64,000 bases of DNA from Clostridiales bacterium (GTDB lineage: Bacteria; Bacillota; Sulfobacillia; RBS10-35). The translations under genes and the position numbers were made by a program. Shown here piece by piece: positions 1 through 9,409 of this stretch (position 1 is the stretch's first letter; each line of letters starts with the position of its first letter). Under the pieces are notes generated by a model. That model was not told the DNA's origin, made no database searches, and saw nothing but the letters and a program-made list of their open reading frames with translations. The DNA lies in contig JAHHQG010000030.1 in NCBI GenBank assembly GCA_018729555.1, positions 27,697-91,696 of the forward strand, in the 5' to 3' direction.

Positions 1-1
1 C

Positions 2-502
2 AGCGATGAGGTGGAATTCCTCTGGGAGCTCATGGCCCTGGAGCTCATCAAGCCGAGGGGCCCTTACCACCGGGCCTTCTGGTTTCATTTGATGCAGACG
101 GTCATGTGGGAGGACTGGAGGCGAAAGAATCGGCCCGACGACCATCCCTTCACCGCCGCCTTCGTCCACGATCCCGATGCCACCGAAGAGGAGCTGGGCC
201 ATGCCCACTCCACCCTTCTCATCGGCACCATCGCCGCCATGGACGAGGAGCACTGGAACGAGGTGACCTCCAGCGCCATCGGCCTCCTCTCCATGGTCAA
301 GGCGATGCGGTTTGCCGGTAAGAAGCGGATCTCCTCGGCCATGGTGGAGTACCTGGATCAGGTGAAGGAGCTCCTCTTCCGCCGCGAAGAGATGCTCCGG
401 GATGTCCTGGAAGAGGCGGGGGAAGAAAACCTTCGCCACATACGCCAGTACATCGAAAGTTCCTTTGGGGAGAAAGGGGGGAACCCCATTCAGGACCTCT
501 AG
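2..502 (+). CDS. Hypothetical protein, probably 5'-truncated by the window edge
   Basis: The frame stays open from position 2 through GTG at 11 to TAG at 500-502. Codon usage is GC3-rich and coding-like. No recognised motif. Confidence 0.6.
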   Translation, partial: SDEVEFLWELMALELIKPRGPYHRAFWFHLMQTVMWEDWRRKNRPDDHPFTAAFVHDPDATEEELGHAHSTLLIGTIAAMDEEHWNEVTSSAIGLLSMVKAMRFAGKKRISSAMVEYLDQVKELLFRREEMLRDVLEEAGEENLRHIRQYIESSFGEKGGNPIQDL

Positions 503-503
503 C

Positions 504-851
504 TCATCCGATGGCCATCGGCCCCTGCCCGTGGCGGTAAACCACCACCTCCACGTCCTCCAAGACCACCAAGCCCTCCTTGACCGCCTCTTTCACAAAG
601 GAGAGAAAAGCCTGAATCTTTCGCGCATCATCGACCATCTCCATCTTGATGGGTAGATCCTGGGAAAGCTCCAGCAGCTTGACGCTCCTCACCCGGGAGT
701 GGGCGCCAAAGCCCTCCACCCCTTTGAAAACCGTGGCCCCCGCCAAGCCCATCTCCCGCGCCTTTCGAAGAAGGGCCCGGTAGAGGGGCTGCCCCTCCCA
801 CCGGTCCGACTCACCGATGTAGATGGTCAAACGCTTCGCCCGGGCATCCAT
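504..851 (-). CDS. DUF190 PII-like protein (Fluc-associated)
   Basis: KRLTIYIGESDRW..PLY..LL...GLAGATVFKGVEGFG..DLPI signature; SD GGAGG before ATG 851; lies directly downstream of fluc. Confidence 0.9.
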   Translation of the reverse strand: MDARAKRLTIYIGESDRWEGQPLYRALLRKAREMGLAGATVFKGVEGFGAHSRVRSVKLLELSQDLPIKMEMVDDARKIQAFLSFVKEAVKEGLVVLEDVEVVVYRHGQGPMAIG

Positions 852-870
852 CGGTTCCACCTCCTCTCCC

Positions 871-1254
871 CTACCGATCCAACCAAAGATAGCCCACGGC
901 AAACCCGGCGCCGATGGCCACCAGGCCCAGGACGATGCTGCTCCCCAGGTAGAGGAGGGCCATACCCACCTCATGGTCGCGGAGAAGGGCCAGGGTTTCC
1001 CACTGGAAGGTGGAAAAGGTGGTGAAGGCGCCGATGAGCCCGCTCATGATGCCGGCCCGCACCCAGCTGGGGGCCAGCCCCACCTCGCCGTATACCCCCA
1101 GGATGCCCAGCACAAACGTCCCCGCCAGATTGACAAGGAGCGTTCCCCAGGGGAACCCCTGGCTCACCTGGGCCAGGGCCAGGGTCAGGGTATAGCGGCC
1201 GAGGGCGCCGATAGCGCCCCCCACCGCCACCCACAAGAGGGTCATGCCGCTCAT
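871..1254 (-). CDS. crcB: Fluoride efflux channel Fluc/CrcB
   Basis: GGAIGALGRY, FPWGTLLVN and GLIGAFTTFSTF motifs; four hydrophobic segments; 127 aa. Confidence 0.95.
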   Translation of the reverse strand: MSGMTLLWVAVGGAIGALGRYTLTLALAQVSQGFPWGTLLVNLAGTFVLGILGVYGEVGLAPSWVRAGIMSGLIGAFTTFSTFQWETLALLRDHEVGMALLYLGSSIVLGLVAIGAGFAVGYLWLDR

Positions 1255-1275
1255 CCTCTACCCTTTCCTCCCATC

Positions 1276-1307
1276 AAAAATGGCTCCTCCCGTGAGGGAG
1301 GAGCCAT
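1276..1307 (-). terminator. Intrinsic terminator forming the expression platform of the fluoride riboswitch
   Basis: Minus strand reads ATGGCTCCTCCC-TCAC-GGGAGGAGCCAT then TTTT; the 5' arm overlaps the aptamer 3' end. Confidence 0.85.
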
Positions 1308-1347
1308 CACCGCCTGACCGGCGGAATTAGGGCGAGCTCCATCGCCC
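1297..1347 (-). ncRNA. Fluoride (crcB) riboswitch aptamer
   Basis: Minus strand GGGCGATGGAGCTCGCCC-TAATT-CCGCC-GGTCA-GGCGG-TGATGGCTCCT matches the GGCGATGGAG.TCGCC..TAA..TGATG.CTCC consensus, upstream of crcB. Confidence 0.93.
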
Positions 1348-1386
1348 GAAGGATAGGGCCCTCTCGTCCGAGGGGTCCCTTCGGTG

Positions 1387-1587
1387 TTACAGAGGCTGCA
1401 CTCTTTGAGCCTGGGGCCCTTTGGGGCCTTGAGCCACTTCAAACTCGACCCGCTGGCCTTCGTTCAACGTCCGGAATCCGCTGCCCACGATCTCCGAAAA
1501 GTGCACGAACACATCGCCCTGACCGTCATCCCGGGTGATGAACCCGTAGCCCTTTTCGGCGCTGAACCACTTCACGGTGCCTTGCAA
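1387..1587 (-). CDS. Cold-shock protein (CspA family)
   Basis: [15 protein letters not shown] (RNP1) and DVFVHFS (RNP2); 66 aa; TTG start with SD GGAGGT. Confidence 0.95.
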   Translation of the reverse strand: MQGTVKWFSAEKGYGFITRDDGQGDVFVHFSEIVGSGFRTLNEGQRVEFEVAQGPKGPQAQRVQPL

Positions 1588-1657
1588 AGCTCACTACCTC
1601 CGATCCCGCTATCTTGCCTCGTCCCACCATCCATCGATAGCGGGAGTCGGTAGGCTC

Positions 1658-1686
1658 ACTCTACACCCCCGGGAAGGGTTTGTCAA
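1658..1686 (-). promoter_or_regulatory. Sigma-A-type promoter of csp
   Basis: TTGACA (1686-1681), 17-bp spacer, TAGAGT (1663-1658). Confidence 0.75.
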
Positions 1687-1693
1687 AACCCTT

Positions 1694-2584
1694 TTACGAG
1701 GAGGTCACCGCCATGCGCCGGGCCCGTTCAAAGATCCGACGGGGCGAGATGAGATTCCGGTGGAGCCCCAGATCTTTGGCGTCCAAGCCAAAGGCGATCC
1801 CCAAAAGTTGGGGAAGATGAAGGATGGGCACATCCAGGGAGCGTCCCATAACCTTGGCCGCATCCACCTGCTGGCCATCCAGGTTCAGGTGGCAAAGGGG
1901 GCAAGGCGTCACCAGGAGATCGGCCCCCTTATCCTTCGCCTCGGCGATATGAGTCCCCGTCATCTTGAGGGCGCTGATGCGGTTCATGGTAGTGAGGGGA
2001 AACCCGCAGCACTTGGTGGCTCCGCTGTAATCCACCGCATTGGCCCCCAAGGCTACGATGATCTGCTCCAGGTAGGTGTCCCGGTCGTGGTGCTGAGGAT
2101 CCATGAGGCGGCTGGGGCGAAGGATGTAGCAGCCGTAGAAGGGCGCCACATTGAGGCCGCTCAAGGGCACCTTCACGTAGGAGCGGAGCTTTTCCAACCC
2201 AATCTTCTCCACCAAGATCCACATGAGGTGGTAGATCTCCGTCGTGCCGTTGTACTGCAGCCCTTCAGGGGCGAGGATCTCGTTGATCTCCGCCCGGTAG
2301 GCTTCGTCCTTCAGCCTCTCGTGGGACGCATACATGGTCCCCGTGCAGGTGCTGCAGATGGTCATGATGGGGAGGCCCATCTGCTCGGCCATGGCGAAGG
2401 TGCGGGCGTTGAGGGCGTCGGCCAGACGGGGATTGCGCTCCGTGAGGACCCCGGCCCCGGTGCAGGCCCCGCCCACCAGCTCTTCCACCTCGATGCCCAG
2501 AACTCCCAGGGAAGCCACTGTGGACTGGTAGAGCTCGGGCGCTCCTTGCTTGGCGACGCAACCGGTCCAAAAAGCGTATTTCAC
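1694..2584 (-). CDS. CCG-domain subunit (HdrB-like/SdhE) of a type-E succinate:quinone oxidoreductase
   Basis: YAFWTGC, CTGAG, ICSTC, FYGC, KCCG and TPCPLCHLNLD CCG-domain motifs; overlaps the sdhB stop. Confidence 0.88.
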   Translation of the reverse strand: MKYAFWTGCVAKQGAPELYQSTVASLGVLGIEVEELVGGACTGAGVLTERNPRLADALNARTFAMAEQMGLPIMTICSTCTGTMYASHERLKDEAYRAEINEILAPEGLQYNGTTEIYHLMWILVEKIGLEKLRSYVKVPLSGLNVAPFYGCYILRPSRLMDPQHHDRDTYLEQIIVALGANAVDYSGATKCCGFPLTTMNRISALKMTGTHIAEAKDKGADLLVTPCPLCHLNLDGQQVDAAKVMGRSLDVPILHLPQLLGIAFGLDAKDLGLHRNLISPRRIFERARRMAVTSS

Positions 2585-3633
2585 TTCGGCTCATCCTTTC
2601 TGGGAGGAATCTGGACAGGTGCCGTCAGCTCACCCACCAGCGCCGTCGCGGATGGATGGGGCATAGCCCTGCGCTTCTTCTTTTGCCGCTGGGCCTCGGG
2701 ACCGGTCTCCAGCTGCTGAAAGATCCGCCGCACGTGATGGACACCCGGAATGGTCTTCATACGGAGAGGCACCTTCCCCCGCCAGAAGGAACGCCAGCCC
2801 ACCCCGGCAAACTGCAAAAGCTCCCCGATCCCCGACACGGACCGTATGGCCACCTTCGTTTCATCCAGGCGGCCGTAGGCGGACACCGTATCCACGAAGG
2901 CCTGGCTATGCCGCGATCCGTTGTTATCGGTGATGCCCGCCTCCATGGCCATGCGGCGGGTATCCACGATGAGCTCCATGGGAGCCACCCCCTTGGGGCA
3001 GACCTCCACGCAGTAGAAGCAGTGGGTGCAATCCCAAATGCCGTTGGGCTGGGAGACGTACTCCAGCCGCTCCTTCGCTGCCGCATCACGGGGATCGGCC
3101 AGGAACCTCCAGTTCTTCGCCAGGGCCGCCGGCCCGATGAACTGGGGATTCACCTCCATGGAGTTGCACGCCGCCACGCAAAGGCCGCACATGATGCAGG
3201 CCATGGCCCCTTTGACGCTCTCCATGTCCTCGAAGGGAACGATGTACTCCCGCTCCGGCTGGTGGTCGGGCTGGAGGTAGGGCTTGATCTGCCGGACCTT
3301 TCCCCAGAAGGGCTCCAGGTCCGTCACCAGGTCCTTCACCACCCCCATGTTCCCCATGGGCTCGACGGTGATGACCCCGTCGTCGCTGACCACATCCCGG
3401 ACCTTCGTTTTGCACCCCAGGGCCATCTGGTGGTTGATCTGCATGCCGCAGGAACCGCAGATCTGGCTCCGGCAAGAGCACCGGACGCTCAGGGTTTCGT
3501 CCACATACTCACGGATGTGGATGAGGGCATCCAGCACCGTGCCGTGTTCATCCACTTCCACCTGGTACTCCTGCCACTGGGGCTGGTGGCCCGTCTGCTC
3601 GTTCTGGCGGCGTACCCGCAGCTTGACTTCCAT
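2581..3633 (-). CDS. sdhB: Succinate dehydrogenase/fumarate reductase Fe-S subunit
   Basis: SCRSQICGSC [2Fe-2S] motif, CIMCGLCVAAC and CTHCFYCVEVCP; extended C-terminus. Confidence 0.92.
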   Translation of the reverse strand: MEVKLRVRRQNEQTGHQPQWQEYQVEVDEHGTVLDALIHIREYVDETLSVRCSCRSQICGSCGMQINHQMALGCKTKVRDVVSDDGVITVEPMGNMGVVKDLVTDLEPFWGKVRQIKPYLQPDHQPEREYIVPFEDMESVKGAMACIMCGLCVAACNSMEVNPQFIGPAALAKNWRFLADPRDAAAKERLEYVSQPNGIWDCTHCFYCVEVCPKGVAPMELIVDTRRMAMEAGITDNNGSRHSQAFVDTVSAYGRLDETKVAIRSVSGIGELLQFAGVGWRSFWRGKVPLRMKTIPGVHHVRRIFQQLETGPEAQRQKKKRRAMPHPSATALVGELTAPVQIPPRKDEPK

Positions 3634-3654
3634 GGCAACCTCCCCTTCGCCTCG

Positions 3655-5343
3655 TTAGTATTGGCGGACTTGCGGCTGCCAGCGCGTGATGGTCACCGGC
3701 AGCGTGGAGAGCTCATGCTGGCCGTCGCGGTACCTCACCAGGGTGTGCTTTAGCCAGTTCTCGTCGTCCCGCTCCGGGTAATCGGTGCGGTAATGGGCTC
3801 CGCGGCTCTCGGTCCGGAAGAGGGCGCTCTCGATGATGACGTGGGCCAACTCCAGCATGTTCTCCAGCTCCAGGACGGAGAGGAGGTTGCTGTTGTAAAC
3901 CCTCCCCTTGTCCTGCACCGAGACCCTGGCGAAGCGCTCCTTGAGCCGGAGGATGGTCTCCCGGGCTTCCTCCAGCCCCTCGGCGCTCCGGAACACCCCC
4001 ACGTTCCGGGTCATGATGGTGCCCATCTCCAGGCGCAGGGCCGCCGCCTTCTCCCCCGGCGGCCGATCGAAGAGGGCTTTGATCCGCTTCTCCTGATCCG
4101 TCACCCAGCTCTGGCTGAGGCGGGGCTCCTTTTGCCCCTTGGCATATTCCGCCGCCTTGGCCCCCGCCCGCTTGCCGAAGACCACCGTCTCCAGAAGGGA
4201 ATTAGCCCCCAGGCGGTTCCCGCCGTGGACGCTGACGCAGGCCGTCTCCCCCGCCGCAAAGAGGCCGGGGATCTCCGTCTGGCCCCACACATCCGTCTTC
4301 ACGCCGCCCATCTGGTAGTGCATCCCGGGCCTTACCGGCACCGGCTCGTGGATGATGTCCACCCCGGCGAACTCCAGGGCCAGTTCCCTCACCTGCGGGA
4401 GCCGCTCCATGATCTTGGCCGCCCCCAGGTGCCGCATATCCAGAAGGACGCACCCGTCCACCCCGCGGCCCTCGTTGATCTCGATCTGCTCCGCCCTCGA
4501 GACCACATCCCGGCTGGCCAGCTCCATCTTGATGGGCGCCGACTTTTTCATGAAGCGCTCCCCGTGCTTGTTGATGAGGTAGGCGCCTTCACCCCGGGCC
4601 GCTTCGCTCAAAAGGGCGCCGTTGCTCTTCAACGTGGTGGGGTGGAACTGGACCATCTCCATGTCCATGAGGGGCGCTCCCGCCCTGTAGGCCAGGGCCA
4701 TACCGTCCCCCGTCACGATGAGGGCGTTGGTGGAGGGCTCATACACCCGTCCCAGGCCCCCGGTGGCCAAGATCACCGCCTTGGCGGGAACCAGTTCGAT
4801 GGTCCCCCGCTTGATGTCCAGGGCCACCACCCCCCGCACGGCCCCCTCGTCGTCCCGGGCCAGCTCCAGGACAAACCACTCGTCGTAGGAGGTGACGCCA
4901 TGCTTTAGGAGCTGCTCGTACATCACATGCAAAATGGCCTGCCCGGTGAAATCGCCTACGAAGTAGGTGCGGGCATGGCTGGCACCACCGAAATTGCGGG
5001 AGCCCAGGCGACCCGTTTCGTCCCGGTTGAAGGGAACGCCGAAATTCTCCAGCTCGATGATGGCCTGGGGCGCTTCCTTGGCCAGAATCTCGATGGCATC
5101 CTGGTCGCCCAGGTAGTCGCTCCCCTTGACGGTGTCAAAGGCGTGGGACTCCCAGGAATCCTCTTCGCTCAACGCTGCGTTGATGCCGCCCTGGGCGGCG
5201 TTGGAATGGCTGCGCACCGGGTACACCTTGGACATGATGGCCACGTCCACACCCTTGGCCTGAGCCTCCAGGGCAGCCCGCATGCCTGCCAGACCTGCAC
5301 CCACCACCAGGACATCGTGACCGCGCATGCCGGCTCTCACCAC
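3655..5343 (-). CDS. sdhA: Succinate dehydrogenase/fumarate reductase flavoprotein
   Basis: GAGLAG Rossmann motif, [10 protein letters not shown] covalent-FAD His, QFHPT, EAARGEG, HYQMGG and [11 protein letters not shown]. Start could be ATG 5328. Confidence 0.95.
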   Translation of the reverse strand: MVRAGMRGHDVLVVGAGLAGMRAALEAQAKGVDVAIMSKVYPVRSHSNAAQGGINAALSEEDSWESHAFDTVKGSDYLGDQDAIEILAKEAPQAIIELENFGVPFNRDETGRLGSRNFGGASHARTYFVGDFTGQAILHVMYEQLLKHGVTSYDEWFVLELARDDEGAVRGVVALDIKRGTIELVPAKAVILATGGLGRVYEPSTNALIVTGDGMALAYRAGAPLMDMEMVQFHPTTLKSNGALLSEAARGEGAYLINKHGERFMKKSAPIKMELASRDVVSRAEQIEINEGRGVDGCVLLDMRHLGAAKIMERLPQVRELALEFAGVDIIHEPVPVRPGMHYQMGGVKTDVWGQTEIPGLFAAGETACVSVHGGNRLGANSLLETVVFGKRAGAKAAEYAKGQKEPRLSQSWVTDQEKRIKALFDRPPGEKAAALRLEMGTIMTRNVGVFRSAEGLEEARETILRLKERFARVSVQDKGRVYNSNLLSVLELENMLELAHVIIESALFRTESRGAHYRTDYPERDDENWLKHTLVRYRDGQHELSTLPVTITRWQPQVRQY

Positions 5344-5461
5344 TTTCCCTCACCAGTGTTTGGACGAATCCCGTCCTCATCTTAAACTTAAGAAAAACGG
5401 GATGCCAGAAAAGGAACACTCCTGCTCCTGGATGCGTCTCGAGGAACGAGGTGATCCCTCG

Positions 5462-6394
5462 GTGCCCAAATGGCAGGAGGCCCTTTCCCTCTTGAGCCAG
5501 GTGGTGCGGGGCGCTGACATGCCCCTTCGCCTGGCCCTGGCGGCCCTCCTGGCCCGCCAGCATATCCTCATCGACGATGTCCCAGGCGTGGGGAAAACCA
5601 CCCTCGCCAAGGCCCTAGCCCGAATCACGGGCCTTTCGTTTTCTCGCATCCAGTTCACCCCCGACCTTCTGCCCGGAGACCTCACCGGGGGCCTCTATCC
5701 CGATGGGAAGGGCTCCCTTTCCTTCAAGCCCGGCCCCCTTTTTGCCGGCGTCGTCCTGGCCGACGAGGTGAACCGGGCCTCGCCCAAAACCCAGTCCGCC
5801 CTCTTGGAAGCCATGGAAGAAGGTCAGGTGACGGTGGACGGGCGCACCTACCCCCTGCCCAGGCCCTTCCTCCTCCTGGCTACCAAAAACCCCTTAGAAG
5901 AGGAAGGGACCTTTCTTCTCCCGGAAGCCCAGATGGACCGCTTCGGCATCTCCTTCCGCCTGGGCTATCCCCCGACAGAAGTGGAAGTCCAGCTCCTCAT
6001 GGGCCAAAACCCGGCAGAGCTCATCCCCGAGCTCCCCGTCCTCTTCACCCCCGACGAACTCCTGGCTCTCCAGACGGAAGTGGCGTCCCTCCACCTCCAT
6101 CACCGGGTGGCCCTTTACATCGTCCACCTGGTCCAGGCCACCCGCCGCCACAGCAGCCTCGCCGTCGGAGCCAGCCCCCGGGCCGCCATGATCTGGGCCC
6201 GCATGGCCCGCGCGTGGGCTTTCTTGAAGGAACGGACCTACGTCATCCCTGATGATGTGCAGGAGGTGGCGCCTTACGTCCTGGGCCATCGCCTCCTTCC
6301 CCAAGGGGAGGCCCGCTGGAAGAGGGACCATGTGGAAAAGGCGGTGGCGGAGATCCTGAAGGACACTCCCCTTCCCCGGGAGATGGTGCGATGA
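5462..6394 (+). CDS. MoxR-family AAA+ ATPase
   Basis: DVPGVGKTT, RIQFTPDLLPGD, LADEVNRASPKTQSALLEAMEE and GASPRA; start set at GTG 5462 after GAGGTG. Confidence 0.93.
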   Translation: MPKWQEALSLLSQVVRGADMPLRLALAALLARQHILIDDVPGVGKTTLAKALARITGLSFSRIQFTPDLLPGDLTGGLYPDGKGSLSFKPGPLFAGVVLADEVNRASPKTQSALLEAMEEGQVTVDGRTYPLPRPFLLLATKNPLEEEGTFLLPEAQMDRFGISFRLGYPPTEVEVQLLMGQNPAELIPELPVLFTPDELLALQTEVASLHLHHRVALYIVHLVQATRRHSSLAVGASPRAAMIWARMARAWAFLKERTYVIPDDVQEVAPYVLGHRLLPQGEARWKRDHVEKAVAEILKDTPLPREMVR

Positions 6395-7440
6395 GGATCG
6401 CCTTCCGCCAGCCCAGGTATGGGCTCCTCCTCATCCCCCTCTTGGGCGCTGCCCTTTTCATCGGGGACCGCACCTGGTGGGGCCTCTTTCTCATGGCCCT
6501 CCTGGCTCCCGCCACGTCCCTCGTCTTCCTCGGTCTGGGCCGCCCTTCCTTTCGCCTGGCGGCCCCATCTTCGTCGGAACCGTGGGAGCGGGTGCAAGGG
6601 GAACCTTTTACCGCCACGTGGGTGAGGGGCTTTTCCCTCTTCCGCCCTGTGGTCCACCTGGAACACCCCTGGTTTCCCCAAGGTGGCCGCGAGCTCGCCC
6701 CCTTCGAAAGGGAGATCACCCTGACGGCCCCTCCCCTTCCCCGGGGCGTCCACCCCTTGCCTCCCCTGATCTACCGCTGGTCCGACCCCTTGGGCCTCCT
6801 CCAGGGCCAGGGGGAAGCCCCCTTCCCCCAGCCCCTCCGGGTCCTCCCCGCTCCCCTTCCCCTTCGCCGCCCTTTTGTCTTCGCCCAGCCGGGGCGGCGG
6901 AGGCATCTGCCCCTTCTCCGGGACCCTTCCGCCTGGTCGGGCCTGCGGCTCTTCCGCCCGGGGGATGATCCCCGCCATATCCACTGGCCCTCCTCCCTCA
7001 GGCTGGGAAAAACCATGGTGCGGGACTGGGATGAGGAACGCGGCCGCCGGTTCCTCCTCCTCATCGATCCCCGGCCCTTTCCCTCCGAGGACCTTTTTGA
7101 AAAGGCCCTTCGCCTGGCGGTCACCCTGGCGAAGGAAGGCGAGGCCCAAGGGGTGGGCCTCTACTACCAGGAACCCGACCGCCCCTACCCGCCGGAGCGG
7201 CTGTCCCCCTTAGAGCTGGCCCGGCGGCTGGCGGAGCTGAGATCGAAGAGTCCTTCGTTTTACCCCGGCCGCTGGCGCCCCCTTGAGGGCGACCACCTCA
7301 CCCTTTTTTTGGGGGCTGCCCCTACCCCCGACCGCCTGGCCCTGGCGGCCCGCTCGGGGGTCATCTTCATCGCCCCCGGGCATGGAGACGACGAGGGCTT
7401 CTCTCTCCTCACCTTCCCCCGGGGGAAGCGGGCGGAATGA
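6391..7440 (+). CDS. DUF58 domain protein
   Basis: LRLFRPGDDPRHIHWPSS..LGKTMVR motif; N-terminal TM segments; ATGA coupling to moxR. Confidence 0.85.
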   Translation: MRIAFRQPRYGLLLIPLLGAALFIGDRTWWGLFLMALLAPATSLVFLGLGRPSFRLAAPSSSEPWERVQGEPFTATWVRGFSLFRPVVHLEHPWFPQGGRELAPFEREITLTAPPLPRGVHPLPPLIYRWSDPLGLLQGQGEAPFPQPLRVLPAPLPLRRPFVFAQPGRRRHLPLLRDPSAWSGLRLFRPGDDPRHIHWPSSLRLGKTMVRDWDEERGRRFLLLIDPRPFPSEDLFEKALRLAVTLAKEGEAQGVGLYYQEPDRPYPPERLSPLELARRLAELRSKSPSFYPGRWRPLEGDHLTLFLGAAPTPDRLALAARSGVIFIAPGHGDDEGFSLLTFPRGKRAE

Positions 7441-9212
7441 AAGGGAGCGCTTTTCCATATAGCCTCGGAGCGGCCTTCCTCCTTTTGGCGGCGGCGTCCC
7501 AGCTGGCCCACCGGGAGGGGGTCCAGGAGGCGGTGCCTCCCCCGCTTTTGTGGGGCACCGCCGGCCTCATGGCCCTTTTCACCCTGGCGGCGGCCCAGAC
7601 GCAAAGGACCCTTCTGGCCCTCTTCCTTCCGGGGGCGACGCTGGCCGCCGCCTGGGGCCTGGAGGTGCCCGCCGCCTCGTGGGGTCTTCCCCTTCTCTTC
7701 CTCCTCTGGCTCTTTTTCCTCGTAGGGAGGCCCAGCCTGGCGGCCCTCCTGCAGCTCACCCTGGTGACGGCCATCCTTCCCCTGAGCCCTTCCCGGATCC
7801 CCGAGACGGCCGACGCCCTCCAAGCCTGGGCCCTCGATCGCTTTCCCCGCCTGGCCTCCCTCATGGAAAGCCCGGCCCCCTACGGGGGGTTTATCTTCAG
7901 CGGCCCCTGGCTAGACCTGGAGGGCCCCTTTCGCCCCGGCCGCCAGGTCCTCTTCGAGGTGGCCGTCCGGGGAAAGGAGCCCCTCTCGGTCCTCTATCTC
8001 TACACGGGGATCCGGAGTTACTACGACGGCCGCCGGTGGCAGGAGGACCCCGTCCCCCTCTTTCTCCACGTCCCCACCGGCACCACCACGGTGGAGTTCC
8101 AGCTCAAGCCCCGGGTGCCCCTTCCCACCACACCCCTTCCTGGGCCTTACCGGAAGGGCGGGGAGGCGGTGGCGGTGAGCACCGTCTTCACCCATCCCTC
8201 CCAGTCCCTTATCGACCGGGGACGCCAGCTTCCCGATCTCCCGCCCGAACTGGTGGACCTGGCCTTGAAGCTGGGAAAGGACGTCCCTTGGGATGCCCAA
8301 TCCTTGAGCCTAAGGGTCATGACCTACCTCCGCACCCTCCAGTACGACCTCAACCCTCCGGCCCCACCTCGGGGGGAAGATTTCGTGACCTACTTTCTCC
8401 TGGAATCCCAGCGGGGCTACTGCACCGCCTTTGCCTCCGCCATGGCGGTCCTCCTTCGCATGGAGGGCATTCCCACCCTTTTGGCGGAAGGCTACCGGGT
8501 ACCCTTGGGTCCTCCCGACGAAGACGGCTGGCAGCACGGGGTGGTCACCGCCTCCATGGCCCACACTTGGGTCCTGGTCTACGACCGGGAGGAACGCCAC
8601 TGGCGCCGCTATGATCCGACGCCGGGGCTGGGGGATGTCCTCCCCGGTGAAGGGGAGACGGCCGCCTCCCCGGCCGTGGAAGAGCTGCGCCCTCTGCCCC
8701 TTGCGCCCGCCTTGGGCGAAGCCGCCCCTCCCGCTGCCCCCGCGGACGATCCCGTGGCCTCATCCCCCCTTCCCGAGGCGGTCGCCACCACGCCGCCGCC
8801 CCCGGTGGATCCCCAGACCTTCTCCCTGGAGCTGGCCTTCGTGCTCTTTCTCCTCCTGGCGGCGGCCGCCGCCGGCACGATGATCTTCCGCCGGCCCTCC
8901 TGGACCTGGCCCCAGCTGGGGGAATACACCCTTCAGGGGCTCACCCTCCTTGGGATCCGGCGTCAGCCGGGGGAAACCCTGGCCCGGCTCTTGCGGCGGA
9001 CGGCCGACCATTACCCCGAAATAGCGGGTGCCCTCCTCACCCTGGAGGAAGGCTGGCAGGCCTGGCTCTTCGGCGCCCCATCCCATCCCCCAGCGCCTCC
9101 CTCCCCGGAGCTGGTGGAGGCCTTCCGCCGGTTCTTCCGCCGCCAGCTGGGATTCATGCGGGAAGAAGCCCTCTACCTGGATCGACCTTACGAAGAAGCC
9201 GCTCCTTCATGA
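7437..9212 (+). CDS. Membrane transglutaminase-like protein (TgpA-like)
   Basis: GYCTAFASAMAVLLR (Cys), AHTWV (His) and YDPTP (Asp) triad; multiple TM segments; Pro-rich linker. Confidence 0.88.
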   Translation: MKGSAFPYSLGAAFLLLAAASQLAHREGVQEAVPPPLLWGTAGLMALFTLAAAQTQRTLLALFLPGATLAAAWGLEVPAASWGLPLLFLLWLFFLVGRPSLAALLQLTLVTAILPLSPSRIPETADALQAWALDRFPRLASLMESPAPYGGFIFSGPWLDLEGPFRPGRQVLFEVAVRGKEPLSVLYLYTGIRSYYDGRRWQEDPVPLFLHVPTGTTTVEFQLKPRVPLPTTPLPGPYRKGGEAVAVSTVFTHPSQSLIDRGRQLPDLPPELVDLALKLGKDVPWDAQSLSLRVMTYLRTLQYDLNPPAPPRGEDFVTYFLLESQRGYCTAFASAMAVLLRMEGIPTLLAEGYRVPLGPPDEDGWQHGVVTASMAHTWVLVYDREERHWRRYDPTPGLGDVLPGEGETAASPAVEELRPLPLAPALGEAAPPAAPADDPVASSPLPEAVATTPPPPVDPQTFSLELAFVLFLLLAAAAAGTMIFRRPSWTWPQLGEYTLQGLTLLGIRRQPGETLARLLRRTADHYPEIAGALLTLEEGWQAWLFGAPSHPPAPPSPELVEAFRRFFRRQLGFMREEALYLDRPYEEAAPS

Positions 9213-9409
9213 CATGGCCCTCCCGGAAGGCATCCCCTTGAGCCTCGGGGCCTGGCGCCTGGCCCTCCCCAAAGACGGCGAGGTGCCAAAACTCTCCGTC
9301 CGCCTGGAGCGCCCCTCCCTCTGGGAAGCCGACCGCTATCTTTCACCTGGATTTCCCTTCCGCCTTCCCCTAAGCTAGAAGAGAAAGCCCTCAAAGGAGG
9401 CGAATCCCC

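Noticed and set aside
9214-9378. 54-aa ORF between the transglutaminase gene and pspA as a possible PspAA
   Set aside because: No SD and no resemblance to PspAA that I can recognise; more likely the pspA promoter region.
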